Shown: positions 37,191-47,240 of the stretch, one piece after another
Position numbering within the stretch: position 1 is the first letter of the stretch
Layout of the letters: each line of letters starts with the position of its first letter
IMG/VR virus record: IMGVR_UViG_3300036790_000209
Location: 1-51,261 of that record
Length of the DNA: 51,261 bases
Source: a virus
Lineage: Duplodnaviria > Caudoviricetes
Direction: 5' to 3' (one strand)
Notes under the pieces: model-generated
Seen by the model: the letters and a program-made list of their open reading frames with translations, nothing else
Told to the model about the DNA's origin: nothing
Database searches by the model: none
Made by a program: the position numbers and the translations under genes

Positions 37191-39739
37191 AACTACGATG
37201 GATTATTGGAACATGGACACTTTTGCTGTTATCGGCGATCCCTGCGCGGGCTCAATTTACGCAAGTCAGCGCGACGGTTACAGACCCCAACGGGGCTCCT
37301 TTCGCGAACGGCACATTCACCGCTCAATTCTATGATCCCGGCACCAGTGGTCAGCTTCCACTCATCAATGGTTCCACCTTTCAAAAGGTAATGGCCGGAT
37401 CGCTAACCTCTTTTGGTTCCTTTACCGTAACGCTGGCTGACAACAACTACGTAGCCACTTCATCCGGTGCCACAGGTACTCAATGGCGCTTCACGATCTG
37501 CTCGCAACCCTACACCACCCTTGGCGGCCGAACCTACTGCACCACCGTCTACCAGACCACTATCACCGGCGCATCGATGGACATCAGCGCGGGGATTGAC
37601 GCTAACGCTCCTACCCTCCCATCGACCAATGGCACCTATGTTTATGTCGGCCCGCTTTCAGGGATTCCAGCTACCTGCACGGTAAGCCAACTCTCTTTTA
37701 TTACCGATGCTGCCGCAGGCCAAAATGTTTACCTTTGCACCACGACGAATACCTGGACGCAACAATCAGGTGGTGGTGGAGGAGGCAATCCAGCCGGGAA
37801 CGTCGGCGACCTCCAAACCAAAGCCACCTCCACGACCTTTGGGGCTTCGCATATCAACGATTCGAACGGCGCAATGATCGCTTCGGAATCGCTCTCGATT
37901 GCAGGCCCACACCCTTTCGTGGACGTAAACGCGTATGGCGCGGACCCCACAGGGACGACTGACTCCACAACGGCGATTCAGACGGCGATTACCGCATCGT
38001 GCGCCAATTCAACGCATCCGACCATTCTTTTTAGCGGGCACTATAAAGTAAGCCAGCCGCAGACCCCTTCCACATCGCCCGTTTTCACGATCTGTAACGC
38101 GCTGACGTTGATGGGACTCTCCGACCCCACGGCGGATCAATTCGCCTTTGCACCCCAATCGCGGATTGTAGTGAGCGCCGGATCATCGCCTAACACGGCA
38201 CCAGTGTTCGATTTCGGAAACGAAAACACGCTTAAAAACATTGAAGTGGATGGCTACAACCAAGCCGTGAAAGCGGACGGCGCATTTATCAGCATCGACG
38301 GTTCGTGTTTGTCGTCGGCGGTAACCGGGCAGTCTTTAAATTCGCCCCTGGTGATCGACGGGAATTCGATCTGGATATGGGTGGAGAAGCATAGCTGCCT
38401 GGACAGCAATTCGGTATCCGTGCCGGACATGATCTTCAATTCCAACGACCCTAGCGGCGCGATGGGACTGTATTACATCCAAGACGTGCTGATGAGCGGC
38501 GGCGGCGTGGAGTGGCTCGCCACGGATGACACCACCTCAGGTGTAGCTGGCACCATGGAGTTCTCACGCATCCAGCAGGAAAACTGCGGATCGTCAAGCT
38601 TTCTGAGTTTTACCGGATCGGCTCCCACCGTAATCGGTCCGATCACCATGGATCAAGTAGGACAGGCGGACTGTTCTGGCGGCTACTTAGTGAACTATGA
38701 CGCGGGAGGGTCGATCAGCGGATTAACGATCAATCAAAGCTTGGGCGGATCAGGAGCCGTGGATATGCAGACCGGCTCCATCAGCGACTTTAAAGCGTCG
38801 CAGGGGAGCGGATTGATCGTTGGAAACGGCGGCGTTGCGCGCACAAATTCGAATGGATGGGATTATTACGTTCCAACTACCGCAGCAAATCGACTTCTCA
38901 ATGTCAGGAGCACTGGCGATTCAGGAGCCCCACTACTGCGCGGATTCTCGACTTCCTCATCATATGCATCACTGGCGCTCGACCCCACGTATGGATTGCT
39001 CCTGGGAGACGGCGCAAGCTACGGCTATAACGCGGGCATTGATGAGACCACGCAAGGCGATGCGGATGTCAGCTTCGCGGGGAACCTGCCGCCCACCGGA
39101 TTGACTGCCACGGCAACGACCGGTGGAACGCTCGCGGCGGGAACTTACTATATCTGGGTGCGAACGGTAAAGAGCGGCGCTCAATGCGCCTCTGCGGCAG
39201 GGAATGACGTATCCGCATTCTCGCAGGCTGCAAGCGTGGTGCTCAGCGGCTCGAACGATGCGATCGCCACAAGTTGGACTGCACCATTATTCGCGCCATA
39301 CTCTACCCCGCATTACTGTGAAGTATGGGCCAACACCGCCGTAGTTACCGGAAATGACGGCGTCAACTATGCAAACGTTGCAATCTCCAGTACGTCTTTC
39401 ACCTTGACCGGCTCTAATACGACCTGTTGCGGATACTCTTCAAGCCATCCCAACGTCGCCTATATGTACAGCGCGCATCGCTTCACGCCCGACGCGCTGG
39501 GAATCAACACGCTCACGCCCCAGTATGATCTGGATGTGGCGCACACGCTGGCCGCCAATTCCGGCATCCGCTCAACCGCCATCACGCTGACCGCCAACCA
39601 AGGATTGCTTGAGCCTCTTTCGACTCCTGGCAGTTCCAGCAGCACATGCACGGCAGGCCAGATATGGGCGGACGCAAGTTACGTATACGTATGCACGGCA
39701 ACCAACACGATCGAGCGGGCGGCACTCAGCACATTTTAG
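37187..39739 (+). CDS. Tailspike/fibre-like beta-helix protein with Sec signal peptide
   Basis: VNAYGADPTGTTDSTTAIQTAI is a pectate_lyase_3-like start; N-terminus MKLRWIIGTWTLLLLSAIPARA|Q. Confidence 0.75.
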   Translation: MKLRWIIGTWTLLLLSAIPARAQFTQVSATVTDPNGAPFANGTFTAQFYDPGTSGQLPLINGSTFQKVMAGSLTSFGSFTVTLADNNYVATSSGATGTQWRFTICSQPYTTLGGRTYCTTVYQTTITGASMDISAGIDANAPTLPSTNGTYVYVGPLSGIPATCTVSQLSFITDAAAGQNVYLCTTTNTWTQQSGGGGGGNPAGNVGDLQTKATSTTFGASHINDSNGAMIASESLSIAGPHPFVDVNAYGADPTGTTDSTTAIQTAITASCANSTHPTILFSGHYKVSQPQTPSTSPVFTICNALTLMGLSDPTADQFAFAPQSRIVVSAGSSPNTAPVFDFGNENTLKNIEVDGYNQAVKADGAFISIDGSCLSSAVTGQSLNSPLVIDGNSIWIWVEKHSCLDSNSVSVPDMIFNSNDPSGAMGLYYIQDVLMSGGGVEWLATDDTTSGVAGTMEFSRIQQENCGSSSFLSFTGSAPTVIGPITMDQVGQADCSGGYLVNYDAGGSISGLTINQSLGGSGAVDMQTGSISDFKASQGSGLIVGNGGVARTNSNGWDYYVPTTAANRLLNVRSTGDSGAPLLRGFSTSSSYASLALDPTYGLLLGDGASYGYNAGIDETTQGDADVSFAGNLPPTGLTATATTGGTLAAGTYYIWVRTVKSGAQCASAAGNDVSAFSQAASVVLSGSNDAIATSWTAPLFAPYSTPHYCEVWANTAVVTGNDGVNYANVAISSTSFTLTGSNTTCCGYSSSHPNVAYMYSAHRFTPDALGINTLTPQYDLDVAHTLAANSGIRSTAITLTANQGLLEPLSTPGSSSSTCTAGQIWADASYVYVCTATNTIERAALSTF

Positions 39740-39754
39740 CGGAAGGGAGGTTCG

Positions 39755-41989
39755 ATGAAGCTCAAACTAAGCGCGCTCTTGTTGTTCATCCTCCTGATGG
39801 GAGGGTGGCAGGCAGCCGAAGCGCAGTATCTCGGTGGAGGTTCAATTACTGCTTCAGGGAGTGGATGCGTCACTACAAACTGCGTATTCGGTAACCTTGG
39901 GCAGGATACCGCAAGCGTTTCCTTTACCGTGTCTGGAACCTATAGCGGAACCCTGCAATTCGAAGTTAGTCAAGACGGCACGCACTTTGTTAATATCAAT
40001 GCATACCCTCCAAACAGCACCACGGCGGTTACCGGCACGACCGGCACTGGTACTTGGACCGCGGGAGTCGCCGGGATGACCATCTTCCGCATTCGCTGTT
40101 CAGCTTACACTAGTGGAACAGCTTTGGTGACCATCAATGGGTCTCATGCGGTAGCAACTTCCACCATTACCGCTGGTGGTGGAGGGGGCGGCGGAGGAAG
40201 TTACTATCAAACAATCGAGAATGATGGTTCAGCGCAGGACCAGGAACCTGCGTTGAATCTCATTCCCGGCAGCAACGTCACTTTGGGATTCACCGATACC
40301 CCCGGGGTGTCAACTAATGTGACAGTGAATGCGAGTGGAGGCGGCGGCGATACGATCACAAGCCCCAATAGCACGCTGGCCGTGGGAGGAACCTCGACGA
40401 ATACGACCCTAGACCTGGAAGGCGCTGCCGGGAAAATTATGGCCGGGGCCACTCCCGCATTGACCCCCACGCCGACGCTAGGGGTAAGCGGAACGGCCGG
40501 TAATATTTCATTCTTCCCCGCTTCCGGCAACTTTGAGACCACCCTTGGAAGCGCTGCCACGGCCAGTAATACGATCTTGTTCCCCGCCACGGTCCCGACA
40601 ACCCTTTATGGCTTCCATTGCGTCGTTGCGAGCACAACTTGCACGCTGACGAGTAACGGTTATGCGTACAATGCGATCCCCATCGCAGACCTCGCGAGTT
40701 CGGCGATTACCATTGCCGGTACTTCCGTGTCGCTCGGCGGTTCCACATCGTCGCTGCCTTCTCCGGGCGTCATTGGCGGAACGACTCCCGCAGCCATTAC
40801 CGGAACGACGCTCACAGCCAACACATCGATTACCGACAGCGGGCTCACCGCCTCCTTGCCGATCTGCACGACATCCGGTAAGGTTCTCAGCTCAACCTGC
40901 ACGGCCTTGGTAACCATCGCCGATCTAAATGCCAGCGGCACTCCAGGCAGCACCACCTACCTGCGAGGAGACGGAAGCTGGAGCACCCCGTCAGGTAGCG
41001 GAACGGTCAATAGCGGAACATCCGGGCAGGATTCCTATTACGCATCCACTGGAGCGGCCGTCAGCGGAATCAATACCGCAGGCGGCGGCTCAAACCCGCT
41101 GTGGGGTTCGATTACCTCTCTTGCGCAAGGGCAACAGATATGCGCCGACGCGACACCCAAGCTTATCAATTGCACGCCGGGGGTGGTGCCTAATCCGCAG
41201 ACCGGCACGACTTATCCAGTGGTGCAGGGGGACAACGGGAAGTACCTAAGCTTCTCCAATGCGTCCTCGATTGCCGTAACAGTTCCCTCGGCTGCGAGCT
41301 TAAGCGCTAACTTCGCCTTTCGCGCCTGCGACATCGGGACGGGGACCGCAACCCTCACGCCCACTACCTCCACGATCAGCTACACGACCGGAAACTCCTA
41401 CACTTCGGCTGCCTCCAGCATGGCGCTGACGACCGGCGAATGCGCCAACGTCTATAGCGACAACACGAATTATTTTGCCAATCAGACCATCGGCGGCAGC
41501 GGGACCGGACTCTCTGGAATGACGAGTGGTCAGGTTCCTGTTGCAGCGTCCGCCACTACCGTCACGTCTTCAAAGGCCCTGGCAGGCAGCGGCTCTGGGA
41601 TCACCACCGGCCCGACAAGCGCGACCTCGCTCGACGTGGCGGAGATGACCGGAACAAGTGGACAGATCGCTGATGGCGGCGTATTGGTCTCCAAGCTGAC
41701 GCAAACGATTTGCAGCGGGACAATTGCGTTGGGAACCTCGGCCATCGCATCGGGTGCGGCGGCTACCACAGTCACAGCCACATGCACCGGCCTCGCCACC
41801 ACCGACACGATGATGCTCTCCTTCAATGGCAGCCCACTTGCCGTCACCGGCTACGTGCCGAGCGCCAGTGGCATGCTGACAATCATCGACTGGCCCACAT
41901 CGAATACGATTAACGTGTCCGTGGTGAACAACACAGCTTCCAGCGTCACGCCGGGAGCCATCACGCTGAATTACCGGGTGACCCGGTGA
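39755..41989 (+). CDS. Fibre/adhesin-like T/S/G-rich protein with Sec signal peptide
   Basis: MKLKLSALLLFILLMGGWQAAEA|Q; TTYLRGDGSW fibre motif. Confidence 0.7.
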   Translation: MKLKLSALLLFILLMGGWQAAEAQYLGGGSITASGSGCVTTNCVFGNLGQDTASVSFTVSGTYSGTLQFEVSQDGTHFVNINAYPPNSTTAVTGTTGTGTWTAGVAGMTIFRIRCSAYTSGTALVTINGSHAVATSTITAGGGGGGGGSYYQTIENDGSAQDQEPALNLIPGSNVTLGFTDTPGVSTNVTVNASGGGGDTITSPNSTLAVGGTSTNTTLDLEGAAGKIMAGATPALTPTPTLGVSGTAGNISFFPASGNFETTLGSAATASNTILFPATVPTTLYGFHCVVASTTCTLTSNGYAYNAIPIADLASSAITIAGTSVSLGGSTSSLPSPGVIGGTTPAAITGTTLTANTSITDSGLTASLPICTTSGKVLSSTCTALVTIADLNASGTPGSTTYLRGDGSWSTPSGSGTVNSGTSGQDSYYASTGAAVSGINTAGGGSNPLWGSITSLAQGQQICADATPKLINCTPGVVPNPQTGTTYPVVQGDNGKYLSFSNASSIAVTVPSAASLSANFAFRACDIGTGTATLTPTTSTISYTTGNSYTSAASSMALTTGECANVYSDNTNYFANQTIGGSGTGLSGMTSGQVPVAASATTVTSSKALAGSGSGITTGPTSATSLDVAEMTGTSGQIADGGVLVSKLTQTICSGTIALGTSAIASGAAATTVTATCTGLATTDTMMLSFNGSPLAVTGYVPSASGMLTIIDWPTSNTINVSVVNNTASSVTPGAITLNYRVTR

Positions 41990-42606
41990 TCCGCAGACTT
42001 GCATCCATTGCCCTCCTCCTGGGCCTGATCGCGCTAGGAATGCGAGCGCATCAACTTAGCGGTCCGATGTTTCCCGGCCCGGGAATGCCAGCGTCCAGTG
42101 GAAGCTACACCGGGATCACCTGTCAAAACTCCACCACGCATGATACGAACGACGGCGGTGGAGACACTACGGCTACGGTTGGAAACTACTGTACAACGGG
42201 AAACGATCCATCTGGCTATACACTGACTAATTTGAATGCCGATTTGCGTGTGGCGGCGCTGAGCACGCTTTATTTAGCTCTCTATACCGACACCACCAGC
42301 GGATGCACGGGAAGCGTCCCGCATTGTCAAAACACGCTAATCTGCGATGCCTCCCTCGGCCCTAGTATAATCGTAGGAACGAATTCCGTGCTCCCCACTG
42401 GATGCGGGACGCTCGCCGCCAATACGATTTATTGGATAAATTACCAAACAGGGGACGGAACTGATGCCCTGGGAGTTAATTCAACAGGACCAACGGACTT
42501 GCCATGGAGAAGCGGTACAACAGCCGGAACCTGGCCCAGCCCATTCGCGGCGGATAACGCAGACAACGTAGACGACCAACTTTGGATGACAGGGACCAAC
42601 AATTAA
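41986..42606 (+). CDS. Cys-rich beta-sandwich-like protein with signal peptide
   Basis: MIRRLASIALLLGLIALGMRA; LALYTD, TLAANTIYWI. Confidence 0.65.
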   Translation: MIRRLASIALLLGLIALGMRAHQLSGPMFPGPGMPASSGSYTGITCQNSTTHDTNDGGGDTTATVGNYCTTGNDPSGYTLTNLNADLRVAALSTLYLALYTDTTSGCTGSVPHCQNTLICDASLGPSIIVGTNSVLPTGCGTLAANTIYWINYQTGDGTDALGVNSTGPTDLPWRSGTTAGTWPSPFAADNADNVDDQLWMTGTNN

Positions 42607-44567
42607 TGCGTCGATGTCTCCTGTTGGCTCTGATCCTTGCCGCGCCAATCACCCATGCGCAATCCGTATTCCCAGGGCAGAGCGGTGATCCGGTAGGATA
42701 TGCGGCCATCGGCTCGCTGGGAACGTCGGCGTGTCCGTCAGTCACCAGCGGAACGTCCGGCAGTCCAAACTTCATCTCTAACTGTAAATACAGCACGTGT
42801 CCGTCGCTGACTGGAATCTCCTACGTGGTGTTTATGTCCGTGGATTTCAACTGCGGGACGGACACTCTAACCGTGGACGGCAGCCACATCACCTTCTACG
42901 GCTCGCGCATACAGTCAAACAACTCCTGCACAACAGGCTGCTTCGGCGTTAATACCTATGTGACGGGCGCCTACGAGACTTTCATGTACACGTCGATCAC
43001 GCCGCTCGCGTCCCAAAACGCGACTCCTCCCGGCTACACATGGCCGTCGGCGGGAGCGGGCGAGAATACGACCGATTGCACATCAGACGCCTATTGTACG
43101 CCGGGGGCACACAGTTATCAGTACGGCATCCAGCTAGGTTCATCCGCCGCGCAGCATGTTTACATCGACCACGCCGACGTGTGGGGCTTTGGAAATTCCA
43201 TTGACCTGTATCAAGCTACCGTTGGACCCACCACGATCGCGGGCAGTCAGATTCACGATGCCGCCGACCCGGACACTTACAGTTACCACACCGACGGCCC
43301 GGGCTATCTAAACAGCGGCGCGGGCGTCAACAACGTCATCGTTCAGGGGAACACAATTGCTTCGCTTGGGAACACCAACGGGATTGCATTCCAGGCGGCC
43401 ACGAGCGGTTATAGCGGACTGCTTATCAATTTTAACTACCTCAGCGGCTTCGGTAAAAACTTCGCCGGCTGCGATCCAGGCTCGACGCCCTGCACCAACT
43501 CGACGGCCTACGGCAACGTCTTTGGCACCGATGTGATGCCTTACTACGGCCCGAATTACGGCTGGCAGGGGGGCACAAATTCCGTGTGGGCCTGCAACAA
43601 AATTGCTTTCGCCACGGGCACCACATGGACCGGCGGCGACGGCTGGACGCCCGTTTCGGGCGACAATGGGAAATACTGGCTCTATAGTTCAGATAGCGCG
43701 CCCAGCAGCTCGACCGACCAAGGAGGCAATACTATCTGCGGAATTTTGAATCCAGGCGATCTTGCTTTCAAGGCGGAAGGAACAGGCACAACTTCATCGG
43801 CCCAGACCGTCACGTTGACCAACGGGAACAGCGCCACGCTGACCATCAGTTCGGTGGCGCTCGAAACGGGAACGCAGTTTACGATCTCAGCCAACACCTG
43901 CGGATCATCGCTCACGTCTGGAAGCAGCTGCACGATTTCAGTCGAGTTCACCCCCGGCGCGCAGGGTCCGCAAACCGATCAGTTGCAGATCACCGACAAC
44001 TCGCCGTCATCCAGCAGCCCCGAATTCGTGCCGCTGATCGGACTGGGCACGAGTGGCAGCGGTTCAGCCAGCACTCCCACGTTCTCTCCGGGCGCGGGGA
44101 CGTATGTCGGAACGCAAACGGTCGCAATTTCTACCTCGGCAGGAACAGTGATCTGTTGGAACACGACAGGCTCGCCAGCCACGAACGGCGCGACCGGCTG
44201 CACCACTGGAACGCTCATCAGCGGGACATCGGGGAATATTACCGTATCGTCCAGCGAGACAGTCTACGCCGTGGCGGGCGGAACGGGATATACGGACAGT
44301 TCGGCAGGCAGCGCGGCCTATGTGATTGTGACCATCCCCGCGACGCCTAACATGAATATGTTAGCAATGTTTGGGAGGGATGGTAAACCTTTTAGCCTTA
44401 GTGGGTTCGTGCTCTCCGGTGACGGCGAAGCGCAGCACGCAGTAGGACGCCACGATAACCACGAAAATCAGGAATGGCATGTCATTTCTCCTATCGATCA
44501 AATTGTGGGCATACAGAATAGCACACTTTCTGGATTGAGCGCGCTGCTATTTGGTGTCCCCTGGTGA
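42606..44567 (+). CDS. Secreted-type beta-helix protein with choice-of-anchor-D/ASH Ig and chitobiase/Fn3-associated domains
   Basis: MRRCLLLALILAAPITHA|Q; SAQTVTLTN...NTCGSSL..GSSCTISVEFTP; TPTFSPGAGTY. Confidence 0.75.
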   Translation: MRRCLLLALILAAPITHAQSVFPGQSGDPVGYAAIGSLGTSACPSVTSGTSGSPNFISNCKYSTCPSLTGISYVVFMSVDFNCGTDTLTVDGSHITFYGSRIQSNNSCTTGCFGVNTYVTGAYETFMYTSITPLASQNATPPGYTWPSAGAGENTTDCTSDAYCTPGAHSYQYGIQLGSSAAQHVYIDHADVWGFGNSIDLYQATVGPTTIAGSQIHDAADPDTYSYHTDGPGYLNSGAGVNNVIVQGNTIASLGNTNGIAFQAATSGYSGLLINFNYLSGFGKNFAGCDPGSTPCTNSTAYGNVFGTDVMPYYGPNYGWQGGTNSVWACNKIAFATGTTWTGGDGWTPVSGDNGKYWLYSSDSAPSSSTDQGGNTICGILNPGDLAFKAEGTGTTSSAQTVTLTNGNSATLTISSVALETGTQFTISANTCGSSLTSGSSCTISVEFTPGAQGPQTDQLQITDNSPSSSSPEFVPLIGLGTSGSGSASTPTFSPGAGTYVGTQTVAISTSAGTVICWNTTGSPATNGATGCTTGTLISGTSGNITVSSSETVYAVAGGTGYTDSSAGSAAYVIVTIPATPNMNMLAMFGRDGKPFSLSGFVLSGDGEAQHAVGRHDNHENQEWHVISPIDQIVGIQNSTLSGLSALLFGVPW

Positions 44568-44769
44568 GTTTTTGCCATTTACCTGCAACTGGCGGCACGG
44601 GGCGGGACAATGCAAGGGACTCGGCACGCGGACAGTCGAAAGCGGGTTGATGTACTGCCAAGAGCATTACGAAGCAGTGCTGAGGCTGCGAAAATGGGTA
44701 CTCGACTATTTTGAGTGGGTGCGGCAAAGGAACATCCGGGATTGATCTAAATACACAGGAGGGGTAGAC

Positions 44770-44973
44770 ATGCATCATCACTGGATCAGCCAAGGGATCG
44801 GATACGGGGCAGCCGGGATGTGGGTTCTGTCATCCGCGGTAACCACAATGCCGCCGTATACCGGATCGAATTACGGCATGAAGTGGCTCTATGCATTCTT
44901 GCACCTGCTAGCTGCTAATCTCGACAAGGTGCACATCCCCGGAAGCGCTGGCGACAAGACTGCGCAGCCGTGA
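44770..44973 (+). CDS. Holin-like membrane protein
   Basis: Two hydrophobic segments; AGGAGG SD; upstream of the endolysin. Confidence 0.55.
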   Translation: MHHHWISQGIGYGAAGMWVLSSAVTTMPPYTGSNYGMKWLYAFLHLLAANLDKVHIPGSAGDKTAQP

Positions 44974-45269
44974 CGCGCTTCACTCTTCACGATGAGAAGG
45001 ACAAAGTGCCGCATATGGTTCCCGAGATTTGGCGCTACATCGCGATTCTGGTGATCGGCATCCTCTGTGGAGGGGCACCGGAATATGCGGTGATGACCAT
45101 GGATACCCATAATGCGATTACGGTCCCCATCGTGGACCATGAAATCGACGTGAAGAATGCGGCGTTACAGCAGGAACTCGAAGACATGAAAGAACAGTTG
45201 TCGTCCATCGAGGGCAAGGTAGACGGCTTGGTGACATTTGAATACCAAGGGAATCGACACGGAAAATGA
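44970..45269 (+). CDS. Single-TM coiled-coil protein (lysis module)
   Basis: IAILVIGILCGG followed by a coiled coil. Confidence 0.55.
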   Translation: MTRFTLHDEKDKVPHMVPEIWRYIAILVIGILCGGAPEYAVMTMDTHNAITVPIVDHEIDVKNAALQQELEDMKEQLSSIEGKVDGLVTFEYQGNRHGK

Positions 45270-45685
45270 AGCTGACCCTGCAACGCCGAGCGTTCGATTC
45301 CGCCGGTACGCCTGGGCAGCTATCGGTCAATGGCCGGTCATTCTGCTTCACCCTCGAACGGGCTAAAGATGACGCGGTCCATCCCTGCATTCCAGCGGGC
45401 GTTTACCGGATTTTGTTGCAGAATTCACCCCACTTTGGTAGGTTAATGCCGCATTTACAGGACATTCCAGGCCGCACAGACATTTTGATCCACTGGGGCA
45501 ACTACGTCATGGACTCGGAAGGGTGCATTTTGGTGGGCATAGACCCCGCGATGAAGGGCATGGCTGGGTATTTTCTAGGCCTGTCGCGGGCCGCCTTTGA
45601 TGATCTTTGGAAGCAACTCGAACCCGCGCAAGAGGCGGGAATTGAAATCGAAGTAATCAACGCGCCGACGGAGGCGCAATCCTGA
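45266..45685 (+). CDS. DUF5675-family putative endolysin
   Basis: TPGQL...CFTLE...CIPAGVY...SPHF...ILIHWGN...SEGCILVG. Confidence 0.85.
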   Translation: MKLTLQRRAFDSAGTPGQLSVNGRSFCFTLERAKDDAVHPCIPAGVYRILLQNSPHFGRLMPHLQDIPGRTDILIHWGNYVMDSEGCILVGIDPAMKGMAGYFLGLSRAAFDDLWKQLEPAQEAGIEIEVINAPTEAQS

Positions 45686-45698
45686 GGAGGGAACCAAA

Positions 45699-45986
45699 AT
45701 GGCGAATATAGCGGCTGTGGTTATTGGAGACGTAGAGGTAGGCGCGGAGAAGGTGCTGGACTGGCTCAAGGATGCCGGGAAAGTGGTTACCAAGGCAGGA
45801 GCGGCTGAGCCCCAAGTGATCGCCGCACTCGGCACGCTGCTGGGAGCGGTGGGGATTGCAGTGGCGGACACGGCGGCGGATGCGGCGGCCCCATCGTTCG
45901 CACTGACCTCGGAGACCTTTAACGCAGTCAAGGCGGTGTGGCCGGACATCACCGCGTTCATGGCCACGCTGGGTGTGAAGCTCTGA
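45699..45986 (+). CDS. Hydrophobic lysis-region protein
   Basis: GAGGAGG SD. Confidence 0.6.
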   Translation: MANIAAVVIGDVEVGAEKVLDWLKDAGKVVTKAGAAEPQVIAALGTLLGAVGIAVADTAADAAAPSFALTSETFNAVKAVWPDITAFMATLGVKL

Positions 45987-45997
45987 TCGGCACCAAC

Positions 45998-46318
45998 ATG
46001 AGCGACACGCCGCTAACTCCAACCCAACTGTCTGTCGCCGAACTGCGCGCCGCCAAAGAAGGCTACGCTCATCGCGTGCTGGTGGGATTCGATCAGTTTG
46101 TAGGCTCCATCTTGGGCGAGCAGAACGATCAAACCATATCCTCGCAGACGGAAATCGACGCGCACAAGAAAGTCTGGTTCCACGCCTTCGCGGTTGCGCT
46201 GAATGATGGACTAGACCTGATACAGAAGTCTCATGGCCAGTTAGCTCAGGCCGGGGACGTAGAACGGGCCAAAGAAGCGATTGCCACCGATACGAAGGCG
46301 CTCGATCAGGGCCATTGA
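45998..46318 (+). CDS. Phage hypothetical protein (D....G..DQTISS motif)
   Basis: VLVGFDQFVGSILGEQNDQTISS. Confidence 0.6.
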   Translation: MSDTPLTPTQLSVAELRAAKEGYAHRVLVGFDQFVGSILGEQNDQTISSQTEIDAHKKVWFHAFAVALNDGLDLIQKSHGQLAQAGDVERAKEAIATDTKALDQGH

Positions 46319-46414
46319 TCTTGCCGGGACCGCTGATACCGGCAGGGACGGAGGGTATCTGGCTGGGGCTCGCGTTCTGCCGCTGGGAAAGCAAGAGGAC
46401 GCGAGCCTTTCCTT

Positions 46415-47077
46415 ATGAACCGCTTCAAGCAAATCCTCGAATGTGGAGCGCTGATCGCACTGACCGTGGCCATGATCGGCCTGATTGCCATCGAAGGCAG
46501 TCTGCGAAAGGCCCTCCCAGACATCCTCGCTAGCGCCGCGCGCGGGGCAGCGAAGTTCGCCGATGCTTCGGATGCCCTCAATACCGCCGCACAGAACGAA
46601 ACCAAATACCTGGCCAACGGATCGCGCGAGCTAAACAAGACGGTTGCCGACGCGCACGACCTGTTGATTCATACCGATCTCTCGCTTAATGGGCCGGAAG
46701 GGCTATTACCTACGCAGACTAAACAACTAGCCCTGATGGAATCCCAAGCCAATCAGGCCATCGCCGATCTGGATGCGGCGGTGAAGCAGGCTCAGCCAAT
46801 CCTCGCGAATCTGTCTGTGGCGGCTTTTGGCGCATCGCAGGCTGCGAATGACCCCAACATAGCCAAATCTCTCGCTGGGCTCGCCGAGGCCACCCGGAAG
46901 GCCAACATCGCCCTATTAAACCTCGACGCCATCTCGGCTAGCGGGAATCGGGATGCCCAAGCGCTCGAAGCACGGTTGAAACAGGTACTCAAACCGGCTA
47001 GCCTTCTGAAGACCGCCTTGTACCGTGCGCTCGGGATCGCTGTCCCGGCAGCGGAGATTGCAGGGGCTTTACGATAG
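46415..47077 (+). CDS. Membrane-anchored coiled-coil protein (spanin-like?)
   Basis: N-terminal TM and long Ala-rich helix at the end of the lysis cassette. Confidence 0.55.
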   Translation: MNRFKQILECGALIALTVAMIGLIAIEGSLRKALPDILASAARGAAKFADASDALNTAAQNETKYLANGSRELNKTVADAHDLLIHTDLSLNGPEGLLPTQTKQLALMESQANQAIADLDAAVKQAQPILANLSVAAFGASQAANDPNIAKSLAGLAEATRKANIALLNLDAISASGNRDAQALEARLKQVLKPASLLKTALYRALGIAVPAAEIAGALR

Positions 47078-47240
47078 GCCCACTCATCGATTGCCTAACC
47101 TGGCGGGCGCGTTCCATATCGACCATTTCAATCACCCGATCCAGTTTCGCACGGTAAACCCCTCGTGCGTTTGTATCGATGTGTTTAACTTCCAAGATGT
47201 CTTCGATATCCTGCCACACGCACTCGCGTAACTCAATCAT
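46998..47240 (-). CDS. Hypothetical protein
   Basis: TGATG overlap with the polA end; AAGGGAG SD. Confidence 0.5.
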   Translation of the reverse strand: MIELRECVWQDIEDILEVKHIDTNARGVYRAKLDRVIEMVDMERARQVRQSMSGPIVKPLQSPLPGQRSRAHGTRRSSEG

